DNA of 64,000 nucleotides, from NCBI GenBank assembly GCA_964428495.1, contig CAYRXY010000001.1, positions 97,473-161,472 on the forward strand, written 5' to 3'. The notes under the pieces were generated by a model that ran no database searches, had not been told where the DNA came from, and saw only the letters and a list, made by a program, of their open reading frames with translations. This DNA is from an uncultured archaeon. Its GTDB lineage: Archaea > Aenigmatarchaeota > Aenigmatarchaeia > GW2011-AR5 > JAHLMP01. Shown here piece by piece: positions 63,809-64,000 of the stretch. Position 1 is the first letter of the stretch, and every line of letters begins with the position of its first letter. A program made the position numbers and the translations under genes.

Positions 63809-64000
63809 ATGCCAGATATTAGAGCACCTATAATAACGGTTATGGGTCATATTGATCACGGAAAGACTACCTTGCTAGATAGAATTAGAAATACGACGGT
63901 TACTCTAAAAGAGCCTGGTGCCATCACTCAAACGATCTCTTCGACATTTATACCAAAGGATGTTATTCTTAAACTTTGTGCAGACCTTCTAAAAAAATTC
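63809..64000 (+). CDS. infB: translation initiation factor aIF5B/IF-2 (C-terminus beyond window)
   Basis: [29 protein letters not shown], a G1 motif in aIF5B context. Frame stays open to the window end. Confidence 0.85.
   Translation, partial: MPDIRAPIITVMGHIDHGKTTLLDRIRNTTVTLKEPGAITQTISSTFIPKDVILKLCADLLKKF

Noticed and set aside
1-64000. The whole window was scanned for CRISPR repeats, rRNA, integrase/transposase genes, terminal inverted repeats, split tRNA halves (orphan GTTCRAATC T-arm motifs) and known defence-system signatures.
   Set aside because: None was found by eye. Every T-arm-like motif belongs to one of the four complete tRNA genes, and no spaced direct-repeat array is visible. 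A computational repeat search would still be needed to exclude short or degenerate repeats.

Overview
This is a visibly AT-rich, very gene-dense archaeal chromosome segment. Archaeal hallmarks include a ThrRS with the archaeal N-terminal editing domain, Topo VI-B, aIF5A, aIF2-beta, aIF5B, eL15, eL42, Rpp30, Pop5, archaeal DnaG, Trm56 and archaeal-type SAM synthetase. I infer, but cannot identify, a reduced-genome DPANN/Nanoarchaeota-like lineage. The grounds are near-zero intergenic spacing, many overlapping or abutting genes, a fused PriS-PriL(CTD) primase, a truncated ribosomal-protein operon and tRNAs with non-canonical introns. The window holds about 75 mostly housekeeping CDS covering translation, replication, RNA processing and Fe-S assembly. 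It also has 4 tRNA genes, 3 of them intron-containing and 2 of those with the intron in the D-loop. There is one well-formed C/D box sRNA, one unclassified sRNA candidate, and a 7-8 gene type IV pilus-like locus (10.7-17.5 kb) plus one distal pilin-like gene. I saw no rRNA, CRISPR array, integrase/transposase or recognisable defence system. I cannot point to one clear novel multi-gene system. The best leads are the RNA-gene architecture (D-loop introns, and TATA boxes placed as for leaderless tRNAs although RNase P subunits are encoded), the pilus locus with a cysteine-rich platform protein, a small protein with a ribosomal-stalk-like C-terminal tail, an extra ORF inside the L3-L4-L23-L2 operon, a divergent PRTase/OMP-decarboxylase-like pair and a tandem degenerate ThyX. 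All calls rest on reading motifs by eye; no database search was possible.
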